In this document: one piece after another, positions 50,500 through 59,678 of the stretch | Position numbering within the stretch: position 1 is the first letter of the stretch | Layout of the letters: each line of letters begins with the position of its first letter | Source: Longimicrobiales bacterium | GTDB taxonomy: Bacteria; Gemmatimonadota; Gemmatimonadetes; Longimicrobiales; Gaopeijiaceae | Length of the DNA stretch: 64,000 nt | NCBI GenBank assembly: GCA_965202805.1 | Contig: OZ241869.1 | Location: 3,552,001-3,616,000 of the forward strand | Direction: 5' to 3' | Program-made: the position numbers and the translations under genes | Notes under the pieces: generated by a model | What the model saw: only the letters and a program-made list of their open reading frames with translations | Database searches by the model: none | What the model was told of the DNA's origin: nothing

Positions 50500-50633
50500 C
50501 CTGTCCCTCCTGGGAGGCCCGGTTCACGAAACAGATGCACCCCGCAACGCATAATCTTAAGTTGGCGCGCGCATGATTTCCATTCAACCATCCGGTTCCA
50601 CGGAATTCGGCAACCCCTTCACCGGATTACTGC

Positions 50634-51650
50634 ATGAAAGCCGTCATCCCGCTTGCGGGCAAGGGAACGCGGTTACGCCCCCACACCCATCACCTGCCCA
50701 AGCCGCTGGTGCGCGTGGCCGGGAGACCGGTGCTGGCCCATCTGCTCGACGAACTGTTGCGCTTCGGGGTCACGGAGATGGTCTTCATCGTCGGCCATCT
50801 CGATGAAGTCATCCGGCGCTACATGGCGGAGGCGTATCCGGACCTGCCCGTCCACTACGTCGTCCAGGCCGTTCAGGACGGGACCGCGGGAGCGGTCAAG
50901 CTGGCGGAGCCGTTTGCGGACGGCGAGCTGCTGATCCTGTTCGCCGACACCCTGTTCGAAGCCGACCTGTCGCTGGCGCGAACGCTCTCCGGGGAATGGA
51001 GCGCGGTCATCTGGACGAAGGAGGTCGAAGACTACTGGAAGTACGGCGTCGTCGTAAGCGACCCGGATGGCGCCATGACGCGCATCGTGGAGAAGCCGAA
51101 GCAGCCCGTCTCCCGTCTCGCCAACATCGGCCTCTACTACATCCGCGACTCCGCCCTGCTCTTCGAGGGCATCGACCACGTGCTGGCTTCGGGTCCGGGC
51201 TCATCGGGGGAGTACTACCTGACGGACGCCTTCCAGTACATGGTGGACCGCGGCGCGCGCATCCGCACGGCCCCGGTGGACTCCTGGCACGACTGCGGCA
51301 GTCCCGAGGGGTTGCTGGGCACCAACCGCCGTCTGCTGGAGGGCGGGGGGGCGGCGGTGTCGCCCGGCGCGCGGCTGAGCGACTGCTCGCTCATCGAGCC
51401 GGTGCTGGTGGGTGAGGATGTGGTCGCCGAGGGGAGCATTCTCGGTCCCAACGTCACGCTGGAGCGGGGTGCGAGAGTGGTCGACAGCCGACTGGCGGAC
51501 ACCATCGTGGGCGCGGGGGCGCGCGTGGGGGGAGCGCGCCTGGACGGGTCGCTGGTCGGCGCTGGAGCGGTCGTGCGGGGTGTGGAGGGAAGGGTCAACG
51601 TCTCGGACCACTCCGTGGTCGAGGCGACGGGGGCGAGCGAAGTGCGCTGA
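50634..51650 (+). CDS. Sugar-phosphate nucleotidyltransferase with hexapeptide repeats
   Basis: AGKGTRLRPHT..PKPL, EKP, EYYLTDA, WHDCG. Confidence 0.9.
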   Translation: MKAVIPLAGKGTRLRPHTHHLPKPLVRVAGRPVLAHLLDELLRFGVTEMVFIVGHLDEVIRRYMAEAYPDLPVHYVVQAVQDGTAGAVKLAEPFADGELLILFADTLFEADLSLARTLSGEWSAVIWTKEVEDYWKYGVVVSDPDGAMTRIVEKPKQPVSRLANIGLYYIRDSALLFEGIDHVLASGPGSSGEYYLTDAFQYMVDRGARIRTAPVDSWHDCGSPEGLLGTNRRLLEGGGAAVSPGARLSDCSLIEPVLVGEDVVAEGSILGPNVTLERGARVVDSRLADTIVGAGARVGGARLDGSLVGAGAVVRGVEGRVNVSDHSVVEATGASEVR

Positions 51651-51692
51651 CGCCCGGCAGATACCCTGCAGAGTGCCCCGTCGACGGTAACG

Positions 51693-52901
51693 CTACCGGT
51701 CCGGGCCGATCCTCCTCACCACCATCTTCCCGACGGGGTCCTGCGCCACCACCAGGTCGGCGGCTACGCCCGGACCGATCCGCGCGCTTCCGTCCGCGGC
51801 GCGATGCCCCTCGCCGGCGACGACGAACAGTCCGTCGGCTGCAATCACTTCATGGGCTTCCTCGTCCGCCAGGTCGCCCACCTCCACGATGGTCGGGCCC
51901 GACCGCGTCAGGGGGTCGTCGTACTCGATGAGCACGTCGGCCACCGTCGGCGGAAGGCCCGGCGCGATGAGCGTCCCCCCGGCGAGCAGGAGGTCGCTCA
52001 CCATGCGCCCGTTCGGAGGCAGGCCGTCGTAGAGGGCGAGGTCGACCTCCGCGTAGCTGCCGTCGGCGATCGCGGCGAGCGCCGAGAGGATGCCGACGAA
52101 GTTCGCCATGCGCAGATGCTGCTTCTGCGGATCGCCCGGCCATCCTCCGGATTCGATCAGGATCGTGCTCGCGCCCCATGCCCCCATGAGGTCGCCGAAG
52201 GCCCGCCGGTTGAAGGCGTCGTCGTAGCGCGTGACGTGGCCGCCGACCAGTGGCTCGACCGCCCTGCTCACCACCGCGCAAACGCGCATGGCCGCGCGCC
52301 GCCTCTCGCTGATCTCGCCGTCGTCACTGTGGGCCGGCGCCAGGAGCGCGATGGCCGCCATGCGGTCAGAGTCCCGGACGCGAAAACGCGGGCTCTGGTC
52401 GTGCAGGTTGAAGCCGAACTCGGGCCGTACCCGGTCGTGCACCGCCTTCAGCGCGCGCCCTTCGGGCGTGGCGAGGCGTCGGGCATCCCGGTTCACGTCG
52501 ATCCCGGCCGCGTTGTGGCGCTGAAACCGGGCTGCGCCGTCGGGGTTGAGCATGGGAACGAAATGCAGGCTCAGGCGGCGGGAAAGCGCCCGAACCAGAG
52601 CGTGCTCCGGGTGCCGGGCCAGAAACGAGAAGATGTCCGCCAGCGCCATGGTCGCGGTGCTTTCGTCCCCGTGCATCTGGGACCACGCCAGCACCCCCAC
52701 CTCACCCTCGCCGAACGACACCATGCGGAGCGGCCGTCCCTCGGCGCTCTCGCCCACTCTCTCGCACGCCAGCGCCGCGCTGCCGTCGAGGATGGGGTCG
52801 AGGACGTTCCAGTAGGCATCGGGACCGAAGCGTCGCCGGTCGAGCCCGCTCACGCGCGCGATGTCATGGAGTGCGCGCAGCTCCGTGGTGAGTTTCGGCA
52901 C
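51693..52901 (-). CDS. M14 zinc carboxypeptidase-like protein
   Basis: MHGDE, MLNPDG, DVNRD, FNLHDQ, LIESGG. Confidence 0.85.
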   Translation of the reverse strand: MPKLTTELRALHDIARVSGLDRRRFGPDAYWNVLDPILDGSAALACERVGESAEGRPLRMVSFGEGEVGVLAWSQMHGDESTATMALADIFSFLARHPEHALVRALSRRLSLHFVPMLNPDGAARFQRHNAAGIDVNRDARRLATPEGRALKAVHDRVRPEFGFNLHDQSPRFRVRDSDRMAAIALLAPAHSDDGEISERRRAAMRVCAVVSRAVEPLVGGHVTRYDDAFNRRAFGDLMGAWGASTILIESGGWPGDPQKQHLRMANFVGILSALAAIADGSYAEVDLALYDGLPPNGRMVSDLLLAGGTLIAPGLPPTVADVLIEYDDPLTRSGPTIVEVGDLADEEAHEVIAADGLFVVAGEGHRAADGSARIGPGVAADLVVAQDPVGKMVVRRIGPDR

Positions 52902-54040
52902 CGGCTGGGCTCTTCGAAATCGGTTCTCGATAGGGGATGCCGGGGCTGACCCGTAGGTTGTCGAACGGCAGGCGCTGAATAATGGCGGCATCTTCGCCGC
53001 GCTGTCCAGGCGCCGACGCGGGCCCGGCGCGTGCCCCGCTCTTGGTTCTCTCCGACCGCCCGACCCGAGCGTTGACCCGAGGTCCATTACCCCGGGGACT
53101 CGCTGACCGGCACCATTCGCGGCCCTGCCGCTGTCAGGATTCGGGGTGCTCAAACGTTGTAGGTGAGTGGAGAACGCACCTTGAACGCAAACGGGAGTGG
53201 GAGGATGACCGGGATGTTATGGACGACTGATTCGACAGGAAGGGTCTCAAGGACCATCAGCCCCGTGGGCGGCTGATGATCGCGGTGCTCGCCTCCGAGA
53301 GCGCGTGGGCGGAGATACAGGCGGTTGCCGGTGACCGCCGGTGTATCCTGGCGGGGGATCAGGACGAGCTCTTGCGGCTAGCCGGTGACGCCGACGCAGT
53401 CGTAATCGAAGCCGAGAATCTCCTGCCAGTTCTTTCCGCCGTTCGACACATCAATCGGGCACATCCGCTCCTGCCCGTCATTCTCATCACCGGCCAGGAC
53501 TCAGCCGACTTTCGGCACCTCGCCTCAGTCTCCGTCGAGGCCGTTCTCCTTCGGCACCAGATCGCCGCACGTCTCCCAGTCGCGCTGAGGAGCTCGGCCG
53601 GAATCGTCTTCCGGCTTCGAGCGCTCGGAGAGGGATGCATGAGGAATGAGTCGATCCCGTCACCACTTCGTCGCTTGCTGAATTGTGCCCTGACCAGCGT
53701 GCCGCCACCCCTTACGGTCCAGCACTTGGCTCGTCTCCTGCATTCCGATCCATCCACGATCCGTCGGCACTGGCGTCGCGGTGTCAATTCTCACGGGATC
53801 CAGCGGGTCAAGGACCTGTTGGATTGGATCACTCTACTGCACGCGCTCTCGGCGCAGCACCCGAACCTAAGCTGGCGGTGTGTGGCCAGGAGCATCGGTA
53901 CACACGAGAGGACGCTGAGACGCCTAGCCAACCGTTGCGCTGGCGGCACGCTCGGTTCTCTCGGCGCCAACGGTGTCGAACAGCTGCTTGAGTGCTTCGC
54001 GACGGCCCTTGCGGACTCATTCTGCACGAAATTGCGCTGA
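52468..54040. repeat. 1.6-kb direct duplication, copy 1
   Basis: Colinear with 58865-60443 (M14 5' end, intergenic region, regulator). Confidence 0.92.
53276..54040 (+). CDS. Transcriptional regulator: receiver-like N-terminus plus two HTH motifs (AraC-like), copy 1
   Basis: PLLPVILIT receiver-like strand; TVQHLARLLHSDPSTIRRHW and SWRCVARSIGTHERTLRR. Confidence 0.7.
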   Translation: MIAVLASESAWAEIQAVAGDRRCILAGDQDELLRLAGDADAVVIEAENLLPVLSAVRHINRAHPLLPVILITGQDSADFRHLASVSVEAVLLRHQIAARLPVALRSSAGIVFRLRALGEGCMRNESIPSPLRRLLNCALTSVPPPLTVQHLARLLHSDPSTIRRHWRRGVNSHGIQRVKDLLDWITLLHALSAQHPNLSWRCVARSIGTHERTLRRLANRCAGGTLGSLGANGVEQLLECFATALADSFCTKLR

Positions 54041-54164
54041 GGTGTCGCGCCTTGGTTACTTGCTGCCCGGTGCAACGGGCCCGACCGCGCGCTCTACGTC
54101 GCTCGGCCATGGTCCCCACAGTCACGGTCCTTCTCTCTCGCTGGCTTAGGTGCCTCGTCGGATC

Positions 54165-54584
54165 CGGTGGGCAGGTCAAGGACCGGATGATTTCCTTTTT
54201 GGCGGCCTTACGGGTGCGGTGGGTCGGGGACATTCTTTGGTTGGCCGACCTCAAACGGATCCAGCGTATCGTCACGGACGAGCGTGTTCAGGACCAGGTC
54301 ATCCAGGGCCGCTCATAGGCCAGGCGGTCCGGCAACCGCCTGAGCCCCCGCGGATCGTGCGACAACCGCTTCACCAGCGTCGACTCCCGCACGCCCTCCG
54401 GAAGCACCGCCATCATCACGCTGTCCTTGTGGACATCCATCCCGACGTACACCTTGGCCCTGTTCTTCATGGGGCCGGTCTCCTGTTCCGGTTGCGACCT
54501 CAAGCGTCGCATGTGGCTTTGGCACCTCCGCTCACCGCAGGCGCTAACCCACGGTAAGTCGGCAGGCCGGCCCTTTCCATGTTT
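54165..54584 (-). mobile_element. Internally deleted IS110-family element
   Basis: MKNRAKVYVGMDVHKDS recombinase N-terminus (ATG at 54470) ends after about 60 codons; structured leader upstream; TTGACC near the other end. Confidence 0.75.
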
Positions 54585-55934
54585 CTAGTCGGGCGAAGGC
54601 CACTCGACCTCGAATCTTGCTATGTACTGGACGTCAAACTCGTCCCTGACCACGGCCCAGATTGTATCACCCCTGAAGTAGGGATCGGTTCTCCCAGGGT
54701 AGGGGTTTGCGTCCCAGGTCTCAGGTGTATTGACGTGACCGATCCAGCGACCGTGTGTGTCAAAAACATCGAAGCCGTCCGTTGGATTCCAGTAGGTCCA
54801 GAACCGCCGCGACAGTATGCGCTCACCCCCGGGCTGCTGCCGCAGATAACGCTGTTCCTCGTCGGTCCAAGGGCGGCTCCAGCCCGGAACTCCTGGCCAG
54901 GCCCACAATCGGCCCTCGTCGGTGATCCAGAGTCGAAGGAACGCGGGACGCCCCCGCGGAAGGATCGTAGTCGGAGGAATCGGTCTGGATTGGCCTGCGC
55001 GTCCAAGCTGCGCGAGAGTTTCGTTATCACTGCGCCGACCTAGGTTCTGAATCCGGAACCCGTCAGACCAATACTCATGCTCGTCCTCCGTTCTCATCGG
55101 CGGCTCCCACGCTCTCGCGAGCCGGGTCATTCCGGCATCCGGCCGGATGAGGTTGATCGCGTAGCTGGCAGAGCACCCGAAGGCCAATGCGCCCGGTCGA
55201 TTCCGCGACCATTGCGCGAAGGGCATGTGGGGGAGCCGGTTATCCTCCATGAACCCTCCGGAGTATTGCGGAAGTCGCCGCTCGCAACCGTCCCAGGCTC
55301 GAGTTGGCAGAAACACAGTGTCCGTCACCTCTTCGTGGCCGATCAGCCTGCCGAACAATGGTCTCTGCAGAGTGCCCGCGGAGCCGCTCCGCGGGGGGTT
55401 GAGCGCGATCCAGAGTTGACCGTCATCGTCCCATCGGATGGCGTCCCGTCCGTATCCGGGTCTTCCTGCCGACGGACTCAGTCTGATCTCCCGGACTAGG
55501 GTGCCATCGGGCGAAAAGGCATTGACGCGCCGATTGCCCAAGTCCAGCACGGCCAGCAGTCCGTCGGCGGAGAGGTCCATGCCGATCACGGACCTCACCT
55601 CGCCGGGTCCTTGGCCCCGGCGAGCGATCGTCCTGACGTATGTGCCGTTCGCATCGAAGTGTCGAAGATTACCACGATCGGCGACAAAGACACTTCCGTC
55701 CGGGCCGACAGTAAACATCGGCGCCCCGCTTATCAGGTACTCAGGCGGACCCTCCACCATGCCAATTCGCGATACCTCACGAAGGGACGCCGTGCCTCGA
55801 AGGGGCGAGGACGAGAATACGAACGTGGTGTCACCCAGCTGGCGCGACCAGCCCAGCGGTGACGAGCTCGGGGTTCCGGCGTCACATCCGACTGCCACAA
55901 GCGTCGTGAGAACCATTGCCGATGCGCGACTCAT
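54585..55934 (-). CDS. 6-bladed beta-propeller (NHL/TolB-like) lipoprotein
   Basis: Lipobox VAVGC, RRGQGPGEV, FDVFDTHGRWIG, VRDEFDVQYI. Confidence 0.8.
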   Translation of the reverse strand: MSRASAMVLTTLVAVGCDAGTPSSSPLGWSRQLGDTTFVFSSSPLRGTASLREVSRIGMVEGPPEYLISGAPMFTVGPDGSVFVADRGNLRHFDANGTYVRTIARRGQGPGEVRSVIGMDLSADGLLAVLDLGNRRVNAFSPDGTLVREIRLSPSAGRPGYGRDAIRWDDDGQLWIALNPPRSGSAGTLQRPLFGRLIGHEEVTDTVFLPTRAWDGCERRLPQYSGGFMEDNRLPHMPFAQWSRNRPGALAFGCSASYAINLIRPDAGMTRLARAWEPPMRTEDEHEYWSDGFRIQNLGRRSDNETLAQLGRAGQSRPIPPTTILPRGRPAFLRLWITDEGRLWAWPGVPGWSRPWTDEEQRYLRQQPGGERILSRRFWTYWNPTDGFDVFDTHGRWIGHVNTPETWDANPYPGRTDPYFRGDTIWAVVRDEFDVQYIARFEVEWPSPD

Positions 55935-56062
55935 AGCTCCTCCTGCATTTGTCCAGGGACTCCTTTAGCACGATGCGAAGCGGCAGAGCGGCTTGTCAAA
56001 CCGAGACGCGTCGCAAGGAGAAAGATCCGGGCACATTGCTAGCCGGAGCGCAGCAGACCCCT

Positions 56063-57253
56063 TCAAGAAACCGGCAATGCCGCACTGTGACAACTGGATT
56101 GCTCCGCGGCATCACGGGAAAACGGACTCTTATACGCGAACACAACGGTGTCCCGTTCACCGGGCAGCACGACAGATGCGAAGAGATGGTCGAGTGTGGC
56201 AGCCAGCGCGCGAATCTGGGCAACACCTAGATCGAACGCACGGTATGCCGTCCCATCCGAAGCCATGGTTCCGAGGATCGGTGTCCGGTCCTCCCGAAAC
56301 TGTTCAACAAAGAAGTTGCCCTCCGGGTCCATCGTAAAGCTGTCCGCGTGCCGTGCCGCCGCAACCGCCGTCTCTCCTGCAATACCGTCTCGCAAGACGA
56401 TGCTCGGAGGATCCATCTCGAAGAAGAGCGGCAACGCGTGGGAGGCAACTGCCGACGACTCGGCCTCCGAGAGATCGTACGCGAAGAGGCGCCCATCGAC
56501 GCGTCGCAGCGTCCACAAAGTCTTGCCCCGAACGAGAAAGTCACCTAGGCTGAGGGCCCCCACATACTCGGGTCCTCCAGACCTGACTACCTCACCCAGG
56601 TAGCGCTTGAGCCGCCCGTCGCTTCCCCACACTCGTACGATGCCTGGATAGTCGGCTAGGGTCCCCCTCCACAGTGGTTGCTCGATCAACGCGCCACTCG
56701 AGTCGAGGGCAATGCGATTCGCGGCAATCAGGTTGCTCCCCTCACGTTGGATAGGGATCTCCATCATCGAGAGCAGGCGGCCTTCGGTGTCGACGCGAAC
56801 CACCCTACCTTGGCCTCGATCGCTCACGGCGACGATATCTGGGGTCACGGCCTCCAAGTCGCTCAGATCCGTAACGAGCGGTGTCTCACGACCGCCCAGA
56901 AAAACGCTCTGTGCGTACGCCGCACGGGAACCGCGGAACCAGTGAATTGCGATGTCCGAGGCGTCCCCAATCACGACCGTGCAAGCCGGAACGCCGAACA
57001 CCGCCAGAGCAACCGCACTCCGCATCCGGAAGGCCTCGTGCCCGGGTAGCTTCAGCTGAAAGATAGGCTCAAGATCTTCTACATCCGCAGCCGACATCGG
57101 CGTTCGGTTTCGATCGATCTCGGCAAGGACATCCTCACTCAACTGTGCGACTACGGATGGCGGAAGCTGGTCCGCACATCCTCCGACAGATGCTAGCGCC
57201 AATAGTATTGCGGTCCGTGCCGAGAGTCCATCTAGGAAGCAAGGCTTCTTCAT
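56063..57253 (-). CDS. Beta-propeller-like lipoprotein
   Basis: Lipobox VGGC; blade-like repeats VSDRGQGRVVRVDTEG, ALDSSG, TMDPEGN; ATGA overlap with the upstream gene. Confidence 0.65.
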   Translation of the reverse strand: MKKPCFLDGLSARTAILLALASVGGCADQLPPSVVAQLSEDVLAEIDRNRTPMSAADVEDLEPIFQLKLPGHEAFRMRSAVALAVFGVPACTVVIGDASDIAIHWFRGSRAAYAQSVFLGGRETPLVTDLSDLEAVTPDIVAVSDRGQGRVVRVDTEGRLLSMMEIPIQREGSNLIAANRIALDSSGALIEQPLWRGTLADYPGIVRVWGSDGRLKRYLGEVVRSGGPEYVGALSLGDFLVRGKTLWTLRRVDGRLFAYDLSEAESSAVASHALPLFFEMDPPSIVLRDGIAGETAVAAARHADSFTMDPEGNFFVEQFREDRTPILGTMASDGTAYRAFDLGVAQIRALAATLDHLFASVVLPGERDTVVFAYKSPFSRDAAEQSSCHSAALPVS

Positions 57254-57888
57254 GTTCCGGTTGGGTTAACGGACGTAACCGCGCCCACCACCGACAGCGC
57301 GGGGTCAGCAGCAATCGTACAGTCATCAAGAAACGCGGACGCAGGCAACAGCCTACGTTCACTGCCTGCGTCAACCACAACGCCGCGACGGTCCATCACG
57401 AGATGAAGAGGTGAATGAGATAAGCCGGCGCTGCCGATGAAATCGACTTTGTCACGAACGTAGAAGGTCGGAGACGGGAAGGCCGGATCGAAGAGGTCAT
57501 CCCGTCCCGTAACCTCCTCCGCGGCAACCCAGAAAGCCTGCCATCCGTCCGGCATGCTGTCACCGGCCGGATCGTTGAGGGCAGTGGACATCCAGCGATA
57601 CGCTGCCGTCCTGGCGTAGGGGCAGGTGCGAGTCCCGATGACTATATAGCGGCACTTGCCGGCCCCAACATCGCTCAGACTCTGAACCGTCCCGTTCTCG
57701 TCCGATACAACCAGCGCGTCCACAGGTCGACCCACCGCAGGCGTTGCGGTTGACATTGCCTCCTGTATCTGCCGTGCCTCTCGGCCTTCCGCCCATGCCT
57801 CTACACCGTAACTTGCGATGCCGGCGACGAGAAGTACCGCAATGGCATCCAATATTCGCGCCTTTGACAACCTACTGATCTGTGTCAT
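57250..57888 (-). CDS. Membrane-anchored thioredoxin/TlpA-like protein (CxxA)
   Basis: N-terminal TM helix, DENGTVQSL, TCPYA, cis-Pro-like SPLHLVMDRRGVV. Confidence 0.55.
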   Translation of the reverse strand: MTQISRLSKARILDAIAVLLVAGIASYGVEAWAEGREARQIQEAMSTATPAVGRPVDALVVSDENGTVQSLSDVGAGKCRYIVIGTRTCPYARTAAYRWMSTALNDPAGDSMPDGWQAFWVAAEEVTGRDDLFDPAFPSPTFYVRDKVDFIGSAGLSHSPLHLVMDRRGVVVDAGSERRLLPASAFLDDCTIAADPALSVVGAVTSVNPTGT

Positions 57889-58118
57889 GAATGATGGTCC
57901 CCCATTCAGGGTCGCACTCGTTTGTGTTGATTGACGGACGACACTGGACCCTCGACACCGCCGCCCTTGGGCAAGACATCAAGTCCGTGCCGAGGCGATG
58001 TGTACGACAGCCGACCTTTGACCGGCAGCACCGCCCGACTTCTTGAAGCCCTAGGAACTCCCCCGCGGGCCATTTGAGGGACGCTAGCGTTCTAGACGAC
58101 TACACGAACGCAGGCGCC

Positions 58119-58331
58119 TCATTCGTCGCAATCGGCATCATTCCCGTCCTCGCAGCACGCATACGACATCGCGGTGCAGGCGAGACCCGTACAATACCAG
58201 CCGCTGCTCGAAATCCCGCATGAGTACACGGGGGGGATTGCTGCGGTCGCTAGCCTTGGTACCCAAAGCGCGAGATTCCCGGCGAGGAGCGCCAGGACGA
58301 CAGGAAGCCGAAGCAGTAGTGCGCGAGACAT
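58119..58331 (-). CDS. Small secreted six-cysteine peptide, 70 aa
   Basis: AAGGAGG RBS; MSRALLLRLPVVLALLAGNLALWVPRLATA|AIPPVYSCGISSSGWYCTGLACTAMSYACCEDGNDADCDE. Confidence 0.75.
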   Translation of the reverse strand: MSRALLLRLPVVLALLAGNLALWVPRLATAAIPPVYSCGISSSGWYCTGLACTAMSYACCEDGNDADCDE

Positions 58332-58448
58332 GATCCCTCCTTGGAGTGAACGCAGTAGTTTGTGTGAAGGCGGACGCCCAGTACATCCAGCAGGAGTTCC
58401 CGCCACCAGTACCTGTAAATCTATCTGAGCGAGCCGCGAGGATACAGT

Positions 58449-58482
58449 GACAATTTCGCGCATTTTAGGACAAATCCGCGCA
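58449..58482 (-). promoter_or_regulatory. Tandem 14-bp direct repeat (20-bp period), putative activator site
   Basis: GACAATTTCGCGCA-N6-GACAAATCCGCGCA upstream of the peptide gene. Confidence 0.5.
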
Positions 58483-58529
58483 CAATGAGTTCCGAAGAGA
58501 CTCAACGAAGCACTCGAGTAGTCGCTCGG

Positions 58530-58863
58530 CACCGGCGGTGCAGCGCCGCCTCCAGCCGCGCGTCGTCCAGGTCGTCCGGCAGCGGCCAGGACACTCCCGC
58601 CTTCCGCGCCTGCCGGACATAGCTGCCGACCGTGCTGTGGGAGATCCGGAGGATGGCCCCGATCTCCCGGTGGCTCCGGCCGAGTCCGTACTTCAGCCGG
58701 AGAACATCTCGAATCTTGCACATGGACAACTTCTTCCGGGCCACCGTCTTCCTCCTCGCTCAAGGATCTCTCGCGAGGTTGGAAGAGACGAGTGGACGAA
58801 ATGAATCGGAATCAGTGGACAGCTTCCGTCGGAATGGATGGACGAAATGCGTCGGAATCAGCA
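58530..58863 (-). mobile_element. istA: IS21-family left-end remnant (truncated istA)
   Basis: LSMCKIRDVLRLK..SHREI..ISHSTV..GVSWPLP..DDARLEAAL; TG terminus with three ~23-bp TGGAC..TCGGAAT repeats at 58791-58863. Confidence 0.85.
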
Positions 58864-58864
58864 G

Positions 58865-59298
58865 GTGGCGAGGCGTCGGGCATCGCGGTTCACGTCGATC
58901 CCGGCCGCATTATGGCGCTGAAAGCGGGCCGCGCCGTCGGGGTTGAGCAAGGGAACGATATGCAGGCTCAGGCGGCGGGACAGCGCCCGGACCAGGCCGT
59001 GCTCCGGGTGCCGGGCCAGAAACGCGAAGAGTCCGCCAGCGCCATGGTCGCCGTGTTCTCGTCCCCGTGCATCTGGGACCAGGCGAGCACTCCCACATCA
59101 CCCTCGCCGACCGACACCATGCGGAGCGGCCGTCCCTTGGCGCTCTCTCCCACTCTCTCGCACGCCAGCGCGGCGCTGCCGCTCAGGGATGGGGTCGAGG
59201 GCGTTCGAGTAGGCCCCTGGCCCGAAGCGTCGTTAGTCGAGCCTTCTCACGCGCGCGACGTCATGGAGTGCGCTCAGCTCCGTGGTGAGTTTCGGCAC
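58865..59298 (-). pseudogene. Frameshifted, truncated second copy of the M14 peptidase 5' end
   Basis: GRPLRMVS..VLAWSQMHGDE retained but frames are broken; cut at the IS21 end. Confidence 0.85.
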
Positions 59299-59678
59299 CG
59301 GCTGGGCTCTTCAAAATCGGTTCTCGATGGGGGGAGATGCCGGGGCTGACCCGTAGGTTGTCGAACGGCAGGCGCTGAAAAAATGGCGGCATCTTCGCCG
59401 CGCCGTCCAGGCGCCGATGCGGTCGCGGGGGCAGGCCCTTCTCTCGGTCCTCTCCGACCGCCCGGCCCGATCGTTGACCCGAGGTCCATTACCTCGGCGG
59501 CTCGCTGACCGGCACCATTCGCGGCCGTGCGGCTGTCAGCTTTCGGGGTGCTCAAACGTTGTAGGTGAGTGGGAGAATGCACCTTGAACGCGAACTGGAG
59601 GAGGAGGATGACCGGGATGTTATGGATGCCTGATCCGCCGGGACGGGTCTCAAGAACTCTCAGCCCCGTCGTCGGCTG

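Noticed and set aside
58119..58331. Classical RiPP (ranthipeptide, lanthipeptide, thiopeptide) precursor or cationic defensin
   Set aside because: No modifying enzymes in the window, a Sec-type leader and an acidic mature peptide
58119..58763. 214-aa ORF as a single protein
   Set aside because: Chance read-through of an off-frame IS21 remnant into the peptide gene, which has its own RBS at 58331
58791..58863. CRISPR-like or iteron repeats
   Set aside because: Explained as IS21 subterminal repeats next to truncated istA
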